64,000 nucleotides of DNA from Patescibacteria group bacterium (GTDB lineage Bacteria; Patescibacteriota; Minisyncoccia; Minisyncoccales; Staskawiczbacteraceae): positions 93,537 to 157,536 of the forward strand of contig JAHJTG010000016.1 of assembly GCA_018829965.1 (NCBI GenBank). Reading direction: 5' to 3'. Numbering within the stretch: position 1 is the stretch's first letter; every line of letters starts with the position of its first letter. Below the pieces are notes generated by a model, which was given only the letters and a program-made list of their open reading frames with translations, was not told the DNA's origin and made no database searches. The position numbers and the translations under genes were made by a program. Shown here in pieces: positions 42,906-52,071 of this stretch.

Positions 42906-43349
42906 TTATATCAACTTCTGATTCTTATAAGTATTATCCAGTGCCTCATTTGCCATCTTATCGGCTTCCCTATTCTTTTCGCGAGGAATATGTTTAAATT
43001 TTATCTTTTTAAAGTCTAATCTCAGATTCCATAATTCCAAAAATAGTTTTTGTATTTTTTCGTCTAAAATTTTATATTCGCTATTAACCTGGCTAACCAA
43101 TAATTCGGAATCAGACCTTATTTCAATTTCTGTGTTTTCGGCAAGCTTTTTGCCAAAAAGAGCTTTAAACTTCTTTAGAGCAAAAATTACTGCCTTGTAT
43201 TCAGCTTCATTATTGGTCAGATTATCTCCTAAATATTCCCCGTATTTTTTAAGCTCTTGCTCTTTCTCATTGCAAATTACAACTCCTATTCCTCCCTGAC
43301 CGGGATTACCGCGAGAACCGCCATCTGTATATATAATAAATTTTTTCAT
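42906..43349 (-). CDS. rnhA: Ribonuclease HI
   Basis: IYTDGGSRGNPG, NNEAEYKAVIFAL, DSELLV, NREADKMAN (DEDD catalytic residues). Confidence 0.9.
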   Translation of the reverse strand: MKKFIIYTDGGSRGNPGQGGIGVVICNEKEQELKKYGEYLGDNLTNNEAEYKAVIFALKKFKALFGKKLAENTEIEIRSDSELLVSQVNSEYKILDEKIQKLFLELWNLRLDFKKIKFKHIPREKNREADKMANEALDNTYKNQKLI

Positions 43350-43350
43350 G

Positions 43351-44508
43351 TTATTTCTTTTTAAAATATTCTATTAAACAGCTTTTAAATTTTTCTAAAT
43401 TTTCGTTTTTAATTCTAAATCCGGAAGCTGGCGGATGTCCACCGTAAGTTATTAAAAGGTCGGCACAGGTAGCCATGGCATCAACAGAATTTACATTCTT
43501 TGGTACCCTCACAGACCCGCAGCTTTCTGTATCGCCTTTTTTAAAAATAAAAGTTGGCTTCTCGTATCTTTGAGAAATAGTTGAAGCGACAGAACCAGCT
43601 AAAATTAACGACCAAAATGAATCCCCCTCAAATATAATTGGCTCTAATGTTTTTGACTCTACTCTGTTTTCAACTTCTCTTATTATCTCTTTGATTCGAA
43701 ATTGTTTTCCTTGAGAATTTTCAATTAACCTTTGGGCTATTTTCTTGGAATCTTCTAAAGAAGAAGAGATTAAAAGTAAATATGTTTCATTAACCCTGCC
43801 AACTCTTTTACAAGTATTTAAAGCGCCGATAATTTTTTGAAGATTATTTTGGCTTTGAATATTATCCCCAAAAATTTCAAAAAAAGCTCTCAGTCCCGGC
43901 CGAAAAGTATTCCCTAGAGAGTCTAACCCATTTTCAATAAAAATTTTATTTTCATCCACTATTGGCATCATATCTGCTAAAGTGCCCAAAGCCGTAAGTT
44001 CTAAAAAACTATTTCTTAAACTTTGAGACATATTTTTTCCTAAAAGAATTTCTGATAATTTGAAAATTAAGCCAACATTCGCAAAATTTTTAAAAGTAGA
44101 TTTATCGCTCTCCTGCTTCGGAGCAACAATAATTGAAGCCTTTGGCAACCCATTTAATGGCTGATGATGGTCAATTATTATTACTTCAAAACCCATAGAC
44201 TCCGCTATTTCTACCTCTGCAAAACTGCTGATACCCAAATCCATTGAAATAAATAATGCTGGAGACAAATCCTTTAATTCCTCTATGGCTTTTTTTGTTA
44301 TGCCATATCCATCACTTTCCCTGTCAGGGAAAAAAACTGCGGAGACTTCTCCACCTAAATTCTGGATGCTTTCTTTCAAAATTATAACCGACGTTTCTCC
44401 ATCCAAGTCTGAATCGCCATAAAGTATAATGCGCTCTTTATCTTTTACTGCCTTTTTTATCCTTTCAGCCGCTTTTTTTAAATTTTTTATTTGTATTTCT
44501 TTAGGCAT
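43351..44508 (-). CDS. DHH-family phosphoesterase, RecJ-like
   Basis: ILYGDSDLDGETS (motifs I/II), IIIDHHQP (DHH motif), C-terminal DHHA1-like GGHPPASG. Start taken at MPKEIQ, downstream of a repeat element. Confidence 0.75.
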   Translation of the reverse strand: MPKEIQIKNLKKAAERIKKAVKDKERIILYGDSDLDGETSVIILKESIQNLGGEVSAVFFPDRESDGYGITKKAIEELKDLSPALFISMDLGISSFAEVEIAESMGFEVIIIDHHQPLNGLPKASIIVAPKQESDKSTFKNFANVGLIFKLSEILLGKNMSQSLRNSFLELTALGTLADMMPIVDENKIFIENGLDSLGNTFRPGLRAFFEIFGDNIQSQNNLQKIIGALNTCKRVGRVNETYLLLISSSLEDSKKIAQRLIENSQGKQFRIKEIIREVENRVESKTLEPIIFEGDSFWSLILAGSVASTISQRYEKPTFIFKKGDTESCGSVRVPKNVNSVDAMATCADLLITYGGHPPASGFRIKNENLEKFKSCLIEYFKKK

Positions 44509-44544
44509 AATAATTTTAATTTTCAATTCCCAATTTTCAATTTT

Positions 44545-44587
44545 TCCCGACTTCGTCGAGGATCCTCGATGGCTTCGCCATCGGGAC
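44545..44587. repeat. GC-rich palindromic element type A, intergenic copy
   Basis: tcccga-cttcgtcg-aggatcctcga-tggcttcgcca-tcgggac. Confidence 0.8.
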
Positions 44588-44617
44588 AATGAATTTTTAA
44601 TTATCTAATCTTCAAAA

Positions 44618-44826
44618 TGTTAAGTGAGGCAATAATGTATACGGAGCACTTCGCGGAGCCAAGCTAAACTGTTAAGCGAGGTGGTAGTTATAAAAGTGCC
44701 TCTCGCGGGCGATTTTGCATGGCTTCGCCGATTGGCGGCCGCAACACCGGGTGTTGCGGAGTTGGTGTTGCGAAGTGAGGGGTTTGAATTATCGCCACTT
44801 TTATAACTACTACCGAGCGACACTCT
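44618..44826. repeat. Expanded AGCGAGG...CCGAGCGA element with a 15-bp perfect stem enclosing the conserved GC-rich module
   Basis: gtagttataaaagtg (about 44684) pairs with cacttttataactac (about 44796). The cargo contains the ccgcaacaccgggtgttgcgg hairpin. Confidence 0.7.
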
Positions 44827-45887
44827 CATTGTATTAAAGGTTGTAATCCAACAAGCTGTTCCCCTGAAAGAAAACTTAACATTGCGCCTCCTCCGGTTGA
44901 AACATAATCAAACTTTGATGCCAATTTTGTTTTAGTTAAAAATTCAACCGTCTCGCCTCCACCAACTAAAGTGAAACAAAACCATTTTTTAGTAATTGCT
45001 TTGGCAATCGCAAGCGTCCCCTTCGCAAACTCTTCTTCTTCTGTCTGGCCGAGAGGACCATTCCAAAAAATAGTCTTTGCTTTTTTAATTTTTTTCCTAA
45101 AAAGTTTAACCGTCTCCGGGCCAATATCTAATTTTCTTCCGTCCGACTCAATGGCATCAATCGGTACCACTAACTTCTCCTTAAAACTAAACTCTATTCC
45201 CATTTTTTCTATTTCCTGTTTTATCAACTCTCCGATTATAACAACATCTGCAAACTTTAAGATATTTTCGATTAATTTCGTCTTTGTTTCTACTTTCTTA
45301 CCGCCAATAATAGCTAACATTGGCCTCTTTGGTTTTTGCATCACTTTTTCCAATGTCCTTATTTCTTTTTCAAGTAAAAGCCCGACTCCTTTCTCTTTTA
45401 TATATTGCGGCACGCCAACAACCGAGGCGTGAGCTCTATGACAGACGCCGAAAGCATCATTAATATATATCTCTCCCGTTCTTGAAAGAAACGATGCAAA
45501 CTCTTGATTATTTTCAGTTTCTTCTTTATGAAACCTTAGATTTTCCAAAAGAAAAATATCACCGGGATTCAATCCATAAGTGTATTTTTCTATTTCATAC
45601 CCTATACAATCTGGGGCTTTGGTTACAGGACGGCCCAAATGAGCTACAAGATTTTCTTGAACCTTATCCATTGTTAAAGTCGGGACAATCTTGCCGTCCG
45701 GATTCCCCAAATGACTCATTAATATTATTTTTGCCTTTTTTTTAATAAGATATTTAATAGTTGGAAGAATTTTCACAATTCTTGAATCATCTAAAATGTT
45801 CCCTTGTTCATCCAAGGGAACATTAAAATCACATCTGACCAAAACTCTTTTATTTCCGACATTAAGGTCGTAAATTTTCTTAATCAT
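44826..45887 (-). CDS. pgk: Phosphoglycerate kinase
   Basis: RCDFNVPLD, HLGNPDG, GGGETV/STGGGA motifs. Short at 353 aa. Confidence 0.93.
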   Translation of the reverse strand: MIKKIYDLNVGNKRVLVRCDFNVPLDEQGNILDDSRIVKILPTIKYLIKKKAKIILMSHLGNPDGKIVPTLTMDKVQENLVAHLGRPVTKAPDCIGYEIEKYTYGLNPGDIFLLENLRFHKEETENNQEFASFLSRTGEIYINDAFGVCHRAHASVVGVPQYIKEKGVGLLLEKEIRTLEKVMQKPKRPMLAIIGGKKVETKTKLIENILKFADVVIIGELIKQEIEKMGIEFSFKEKLVVPIDAIESDGRKLDIGPETVKLFRKKIKKAKTIFWNGPLGQTEEEEFAKGTLAIAKAITKKWFCFTLVGGGETVEFLTKTKLASKFDYVSTGGGAMLSFLSGEQLVGLQPLIQ

Positions 45888-47645
45888 TTAAAGTTTAATT
45901 GTTTCTCCGGGGTTAATTACGCCTTTTTTGATCTTGTTTTCCCCAGTAGTAGTCGCTTTGGGCGACACTACGGGGCTACGCTCGCCCTGCGGGGCTCGCT
46001 TGTTTTTTTCAGGGACAGATTCTTCTTCCAGCGATTCTTCTAATGCTTTTTTAAGTTCGCTAATATCCACTTCTTTTCTTTTCGGTTTCTCTTTCTCAGT
46101 TCTTTTCCTTGGAGAAGAAAAAGAAACTACTTCTTTCTCTATGGCCTCTTTTAAAGATACTGTCGGAGCCCTATTAGTTTCTGTCTTCTCGCTTTTTCCA
46201 GAATTTTCCCTAACTTTTTTTAAACAATTTTTACAATAAATAGGCCTTCCTTTTTCTGGTTGGAAAACAACTTTAGTTGGTTTATTACAATTAGAACAAA
46301 TAGCATCATAAAGCGTAGGGGGGGTTCCGGCAGGAGCCGATGAATGAGTTTTCATTGTTCCTTCATCAGTTTCTCCAGTCCAGCGCCTAATTTTATCTTC
46401 AACCAGCTCTCTTCTAACACCGTATCTTTCACGGCTGGTTTTAATAATTTTATCCCTGCTTGATTTTTCTGGCGCTTCTATCGGAGGGAGAGTCTGCGCT
46501 GAGAACGGACGGCCAGCAACTCCATCAATCATTAATTTTAAATAAATATTATACTTTGTTAAACCTACTAAATCTTGGGCGAGAAATTCTGGAGTAAACT
46601 CTCTCTCTAAATATTCTGCATCTTCAGCGCCAATACGGAAAAGAATTAAAGTACCTACGTTTCCAAAAACAGCATCTCTTACTTCGTCCTCCATTTGGGC
46701 TATATATTGATGACCTAAAGTTAAATCTAAGCGATATTTTCTCGCTTCAGATAAAATATTGGCAAATGATTCAGTGGCAAAGTTTTGAAATTCGTCAACA
46801 TAAAGATAAAAATCACGCCTTTCTTCTTCTGGAATATCAACTCTAGACATTGCTGCTAATTGAAGTTTAGTAATCAATAAAGCTCCCAACAGCCTTGAAT
46901 TATCTTCTCCTATTCTGCCTTTAGATAAATTCAAAATTAATATTTTTCCTTCATCCATAATCTTTCTCATATCAATGGTAGATTTCACTTGGCCAATACT
47001 ATTTCTTATTAAAGCGTTTGAAACAAACTGTCCGACTTTATTCTGGATAGCAGCCGTTGCCTCTACTTCATATCTTTGAGTATAGCGGGAGTATTCATTA
47101 ACCCAAAATGACTTAATAACAGGGTCAGTTACTTTTTCTACTACTTTTGCCCTATATTCCGGGTCTGCTAACATTCTATTAACTCCAAGTAAGGTTGAAT
47201 CAGGATATTCTAAGAGCGCTAAAATTGAATTATTTAAAATATATTCCATTCTAGCCGACCAAACATCCGGCCAAACTTTTTTAAAAACACCCATCAAACC
47301 GCCTGCAACTAAATGACGATACCTAAAATCTACTTTTTCCATAACATTAAAAGCTATCGGAAAATCAATGTCAGCTGGATTAAAATAAACTACGTCATTG
47401 ATTCTGCTTGAAGGAACAAAATCAAGCAGTCCCTCTGCCGCTTCACCGTGAGGGTCAACAAAAGCTACGCCCCTTCCTTGCAGAATGTCTTGTCTTGCCA
47501 TATTTTCCATTAAGACGGTTTTGCCCATACCTGTTTTACCAATAATATAAATGTGCCGCCTTCTATCGTCGGTTTTAATTCCGAAATTCTTTTCTTGATT
47601 TCTGAAGGTTGTTTTGCCTATAATAGTTATTTTTTTCTCTATCAT
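45888..47645 (-). CDS. P-loop ATPase of the VirD4/TraD/HerA (DUF87-like) type with a C-terminal CxxC...CxxC zinc ribbon and a Lys/Glu-rich tail
   Basis: Walker A GKTGMGKT, Walker B FYLYVDEFQNF, CSNCNKPTKVVFQPEKGRPIYCKNC. Confidence 0.75.
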   Translation of the reverse strand: MIEKKITIIGKTTFRNQEKNFGIKTDDRRRHIYIIGKTGMGKTVLMENMARQDILQGRGVAFVDPHGEAAEGLLDFVPSSRINDVVYFNPADIDFPIAFNVMEKVDFRYRHLVAGGLMGVFKKVWPDVWSARMEYILNNSILALLEYPDSTLLGVNRMLADPEYRAKVVEKVTDPVIKSFWVNEYSRYTQRYEVEATAAIQNKVGQFVSNALIRNSIGQVKSTIDMRKIMDEGKILILNLSKGRIGEDNSRLLGALLITKLQLAAMSRVDIPEEERRDFYLYVDEFQNFATESFANILSEARKYRLDLTLGHQYIAQMEDEVRDAVFGNVGTLILFRIGAEDAEYLEREFTPEFLAQDLVGLTKYNIYLKLMIDGVAGRPFSAQTLPPIEAPEKSSRDKIIKTSRERYGVRRELVEDKIRRWTGETDEGTMKTHSSAPAGTPPTLYDAICSNCNKPTKVVFQPEKGRPIYCKNCLKKVRENSGKSEKTETNRAPTVSLKEAIEKEVVSFSSPRKRTEKEKPKRKEVDISELKKALEESLEEESVPEKNKRAPQGERSPVVSPKATTTGENKIKKGVINPGETIKL

Positions 47646-47654
47646 CTTAAAAAT

Positions 47655-49052
47655 TTATTCTTCAAAAGGTAAATTAGCAGGTGGACCGCCTCTTTTAGCC
47701 TCTACGCCAGCCACCGCAGAAGAGCTAATTCCGCTAATTTTGGTTGGAAAATGAAAAATAGTAGCTAATTCTTCGGTATTTAAAATAGGGTTTCCTTCTC
47801 CGAACAATACTGGAAATTTATATGGATACCTCTTTATATAATTCCGGAAAATCTTTTTAGCCCTTAAACGTTCCCTGGTTTTTCTTAAAATATAATGAAT
47901 TTTAGTCCTTGTATCAAGTGAAAATCTAATATAGTTTAGATTCGCAGCCGCAAAATGCATAAAATAAGTTCTGGCAATTTTCCCGTTAGGACCCTTAAAA
48001 GAACCTTTTTTTGCGATGTAAACAGCTCTGATATTGGTTTTATAGGCCGCTTTTTTAATTTTTTCCTCAACGCCAGAAAGAATTTCTCTTTCCCCTGGAG
48101 TAATTATCATTTCTCTTTCCGTACTTTCAGATTTAGCCGGCGATAAAGATTTGGCTTTTCCCTTATCATCAACTCCCGCGCTTCCTGTTATTCCAGCAAA
48201 AAGCTCGTTAAACATATTGCCTAACATATCCCAAAATGATTCCTTTTTCTCTTCTGGGCGCTTGGCAATCTTATTAATTATTTTTTTTGCCTCTTCTTTC
48301 CATGGAATCTCGTGATCAACAGCAGGATTGATTATAATCTGAAGCCAAAATTGCTCTCCTGGATCCAATGTCGCAAGGTTTTCTAATAAAGAGGCTATCG
48401 GGTCAATCCTTTTTTCTTCTTGGGATATTTTTTCGCCTTGAGGCTCAAAAAACTTTGAATATGTTTTAATGGGATAAGCATTCCCCCTGCCTAAAATATA
48501 ATCTTCTGCGTATATCTGCCATTCTTCGTTAGGAATATCTTGAGGAACATTTTTAGTATAATCGGATGTTTCCACAATTTCTACTTCAGGATAATGCGAA
48601 TAAAGAACCGATTCAATAATGTTACGGTGTTGGGCCAAGCACCTGACATAAAAATGAACTTTTCCTTCAATGCTTGCTATTTCCCAAGAACACCAATAAG
48701 GGCATATCGGCAATTCTCCTTCGCACCAAGTCTCTCTCCAATTTGCCGAGTCTATAATACTCCAGACAACATTAAAAACATCGTCCATCGCAGAAAACGG
48801 GGCAAGAACTTCTTTTGGCGGGATTAATTCCAACATCACCCATTTTTGCTTCTTATACTCAAAATCCCAACTTATCCACCAAAGATAGTATGTTTGAAGA
48901 TGATAAACAAGAAATATCGGTATTATCAGCCACCACCAAACATTAATTACTGGCACTAACAAAACAATTGCGGATAAAAACAAACTCCAAAATGGCTTCC
49001 AAATTACTCTTTCAGGAACCTCTAACCAGAAAAAATAATCTTTAAATTTCAT
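47655..49052 (-). CDS. Membrane protein (two N-terminal TM helices plus a large soluble domain), partner of the ATPase
   Basis: 9-nt gap to the ATPase gene, same strand. No motif recognised. Confidence 0.55.
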   Translation of the reverse strand: MKFKDYFFWLEVPERVIWKPFWSLFLSAIVLLVPVINVWWWLIIPIFLVYHLQTYYLWWISWDFEYKKQKWVMLELIPPKEVLAPFSAMDDVFNVVWSIIDSANWRETWCEGELPICPYWCSWEIASIEGKVHFYVRCLAQHRNIIESVLYSHYPEVEIVETSDYTKNVPQDIPNEEWQIYAEDYILGRGNAYPIKTYSKFFEPQGEKISQEEKRIDPIASLLENLATLDPGEQFWLQIIINPAVDHEIPWKEEAKKIINKIAKRPEEKKESFWDMLGNMFNELFAGITGSAGVDDKGKAKSLSPAKSESTEREMIITPGEREILSGVEEKIKKAAYKTNIRAVYIAKKGSFKGPNGKIARTYFMHFAAANLNYIRFSLDTRTKIHYILRKTRERLRAKKIFRNYIKRYPYKFPVLFGEGNPILNTEELATIFHFPTKISGISSSAVAGVEAKRGGPPANLPFEE

Positions 49053-49157
49053 AAAAGGTTTTTGTAAAACAAAAAATGTTTTTTTACTATTATCTTAGTG
49101 ATTTTAACACATAAAAGTAAAAAAACATAGCTATATTTGAAAGAAAAATCTTACTTT

Positions 49158-49337
49158 ATTACTTTGAATTACGAAATGCATTATTAAAAGCAAGTTTCAG
49201 GTCTTTTCTCCAAATTTCAGCTGAAAATTTGCTATAATTATTTGGCGTATGCGTTGCATATGCCTCATAGTTCTATCAAATTTTCGCTCTGAAATTTGGA
49301 GAAAATCCCAAGAAAGCATTCCGTAATTCAAAGTAAT
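49158..49337. repeat. ~180-bp extended imperfect palindrome (long hairpin)
   Basis: Outer 21-bp stem ttactttgaattacgaaatgc/gcattccgtaattcaaagtaa. 17-bp perfect inner stem ttttctccaaatttcag/ctgaaatttggagaaaa. 9-bp gaaaatttg/caaattttc. Confidence 0.7.
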
Positions 49338-49546
49338 TAAAAAAGCTGCGGGACATATTCCAACAGTATAGATAGAATAATTACTATTAAAAAACCTACT
49401 AAAAAAAACTTAAAGGAAAACATTAATGGCACTAAAATATAAGTTAATTCTTTTTTATGCCAGTAGTAAACGAATCCGAAAAAGATTGCGTAGTAAACAA
49501 TTGTTAATAAAAAAAGGATTTTTATCAACAAAAGAAAATATATCAT
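49337..49546 (-). CDS. Small hydrophobic protein (69 aa, two TM helices)
   Basis: ORF only. The start codon abuts foldback element copy 2. Confidence 0.35.
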   Translation of the reverse strand: MIYFLLLIKILFLLTIVYYAIFFGFVYYWHKKELTYILVPLMFSFKFFLVGFLIVIILSILLEYVPQLF

Positions 49547-49691
49547 CCCAGTATATCAACCTCCAGAGCCAAACAACACATAGGTTCTTGGTTGGTTAAA
49601 TGAATTAAATTAATAAATACCATTGCCCAGAGACAACTTTCGTGTTCTTTGTTTGGCATAGACCAAGAACACTGGAGGTTGTATTACTGGG
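49547..49691. mobile_element. Foldback (MITE-like) element, copy 2 of 2
   Basis: cccagtatatcaacctccag and ctggaggttgtattactggg. Internal pairings ccaaacaa/ttgtttgg and ggttcttggt/gaccaagaac. Confidence 0.6.
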
Positions 49692-49699
49692 TCATCTTA

Positions 49700-50728
49700 T
49701 TAAGCAGTTTGGGTTTTTCTTAATATGTATTTTCCTTTATCATCTATTGAAAAATATTTCCTATCGTTCAAGTTCATTAAAACAGTATTTTTTGCAACTA
49801 TTCTTTGAGAAAGAACCTTATTAACTAACGCATCTTTTGTTAATGGTTGTTTATGCTCTCCCATAATTTGAGCGATTACGTCCCTAACTGTTCCAGGATT
49901 ATATCCCCATTCTCTTAAAGCATACATACCCCTTCCCACTAAGACAAACCTATTATCTTTTATTAATTCGTTATGAACTGTTTGAGGAAGAGTTTTTTTG
50001 TTAGGTAAATTATAGTTTAAAGTGTCAATTAAAGTAGCCACTTTGGTAAAATGAAGCGGTTTATTTTCTTTTTGAAATACTAAGAATGATTTATCTCTTA
50101 CGCCCCTTGGGCTAATTTCTGGCCAATTAATTAAACCGATCCTTCCTTCATTATTTTCCTTAATGTTTTTTGAAACTTCAAAATAAGAATCTAAAATCAC
50201 CGGAGTTAAATTATATTTGCCAGTGAATTGAGTTATAAATTCTTTTTTAACTAAAGGTTTACCCATTTTTTCAAGTCCGCCAGATAAAGAAGCTAATACT
50301 TTTTTAACTCCTGTTTCTCCATTAATAACATTGGCCCAGAAAGAATAGAAATCTCTCTTTTCGCAAACACGCGAAAATTGCTCACCTAAGGTTAACAAAA
50401 ACAATACATATGGTTGAGCATTATTCCCGCCAAAATCTGCTAAAATTAAATCCTCTCTTCTAAAACCGCCTTTATTTTTAAAATAATTTGAAAAATCTTT
50501 AAATATTTTTTCTAAAATTTCTTTGTTCTGATTTTTTATATGAGAAAAACCAACTGCCTCTATTTGACGCACTCTTTCACGAGTAATGCCCATGCTCTTG
50601 CCGATTGAATCCAAGGTCTCTCTTTCTTTTTGATTAATGCCAAAACGCCGACTAAAAATCTCTTTTGTTTTGTCGGATAAACCTTTAGTAAGGTTTGCGT
50701 ATGTCGTAGAATAATTTATTTTTTCCAT
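49700..50728 (-). CDS. Sigma-70 region-4-like HTH protein with C-terminal HARE-HTH-like winged helices
   Basis: LDSIGKSMGITRERVRQIEAVGF, then GRGMYALREWGY. Confidence 0.6.
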   Translation of the reverse strand: MEKINYSTTYANLTKGLSDKTKEIFSRRFGINQKERETLDSIGKSMGITRERVRQIEAVGFSHIKNQNKEILEKIFKDFSNYFKNKGGFRREDLILADFGGNNAQPYVLFLLTLGEQFSRVCEKRDFYSFWANVINGETGVKKVLASLSGGLEKMGKPLVKKEFITQFTGKYNLTPVILDSYFEVSKNIKENNEGRIGLINWPEISPRGVRDKSFLVFQKENKPLHFTKVATLIDTLNYNLPNKKTLPQTVHNELIKDNRFVLVGRGMYALREWGYNPGTVRDVIAQIMGEHKQPLTKDALVNKVLSQRIVAKNTVLMNLNDRKYFSIDDKGKYILRKTQTA

Positions 50729-50989
50729 TGTTGTATATTTTAATTTATATATGACGGATTACGACATCCAGCATATTGTTCTATTCAATCATACTTATCA
50801 ATATGTGTCAAGACTTTCACCTTGTAAAAGCAAGGTAAGAGGCGCGGACCCTTGCACTTATTTTGCCATATTTTTACTTATCAATAAAACTATTAGATAA
50901 AGTCTGGAAATATTTTACAGTCCGCGTGGGGCGAATAGCCACATCCCTTGTTGGGCGAAGCGGACTGCCGTAGAACTTTTTCGCAAAAT

Positions 50990-51108
50990 TGTGATTCACC
51001 ACATAATTAATCGTTCGGTCAAAATGAAAATTTCGGTTGTCAAAAATAAAAGTAAATTTTTATTTTTTTCCCTCAATTTTCATTTTTCCCTCACTCATAA
51101 TTATAAGT
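50990..51108. repeat. AGCGAGG...CCGAGCGA-family element in reverse orientation
   Basis: The minus strand reads ataattatgagtgaggg-aaaaatgaaaatt...aattttcatttt-gaccgaacgattaattat. Confidence 0.6.
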
Positions 51109-51139
51109 GGCGGGGCCAAGCTCTTACCAAGCCCTAATG

Positions 51140-52051
51140 TTATTTTACCGCTCTTTTCTCTTTTCTTTTTAACCAACTTACTAAAATCTGACTAGCAATA
51201 AACAAAGACGAGTAAGTGCCGATAATAATACCAATTATCAAAGCTAAAGAAAAATATTTGAGAGATTGTCCGCCTAAAAAGAAGATGGCAAAAAGTGGAA
51301 ATAAAGTCGTAAGAGATGTGCTCAAGCATCTGCTCAATATTTGATTCAAGGATACATTTACAATTTCATCATAATTAGAAGAACTTTTTCTTAAAAGATT
51401 TTCCCTAATCCTATCAAAAACTACAATTTTATCGTTAATTGCATAACCAACTATGACCAATAAAGCCGTAACAACAGGGATTGTCACCTGCACCCCGTAA
51501 AACTTTCCTAAAATACTAAAAACCCCTAATGTTATTAAAACATCTTGAGAAAGAGTTAATAAAGAAGCGACTCCATATTGCCAAGAAGAAATCGGCCTTG
51601 CGACCCTGCCGAAAGCAATGGCTATATAAAGTACTATCACTAATATTGATAAAATTGTAATAATCTGAGTTTTTGCCCTTAGCTCTTTACCGATGACTGG
51701 ACTGATTGTTTCAAAGCTTAAAGAGCCATCCTCTACCTCTCCCAGTGTTTTTAATTTATCGCTTATTTTTTGTTGTAAATCGTTAGTAATGTTTTTTTCA
51801 CTAATCCTTAAGTTGATATTTTTTCCCCCTATTAATTTGATTTCTATTTCTTTAAAATCAAACTCTGAAAGAGTCTTTTTAAGATTATCAATCGTAGGTC
51901 TTTGATTATTATAGCTAATATCAATAAGCGTACCCCCGGTAAATTCAATGCCTGGTTGCAAGCCAAAAATAAATAAAGAACCGATAGAAGCAACTATCAA
52001 AATACCAGAAAAGATAAAGAAAATTATACGATATTTTAAGAAATCTATCAT
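51140..52051 (-). CDS. secF: Protein translocase subunit SecF
   Basis: 303 aa, 6 TM helices. GIEFTGGT motif. Confidence 0.9.
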   Translation of the reverse strand: MIDFLKYRIIFFIFSGILIVASIGSLFIFGLQPGIEFTGGTLIDISYNNQRPTIDNLKKTLSEFDFKEIEIKLIGGKNINLRISEKNITNDLQQKISDKLKTLGEVEDGSLSFETISPVIGKELRAKTQIITILSILVIVLYIAIAFGRVARPISSWQYGVASLLTLSQDVLITLGVFSILGKFYGVQVTIPVVTALLVIVGYAINDKIVVFDRIRENLLRKSSSNYDEIVNVSLNQILSRCLSTSLTTLFPLFAIFFLGGQSLKYFSLALIIGIIIGTYSSLFIASQILVSWLKRKEKRAVK

Positions 52052-52071
52052 ATTTTAATTTATAGTTTAAA

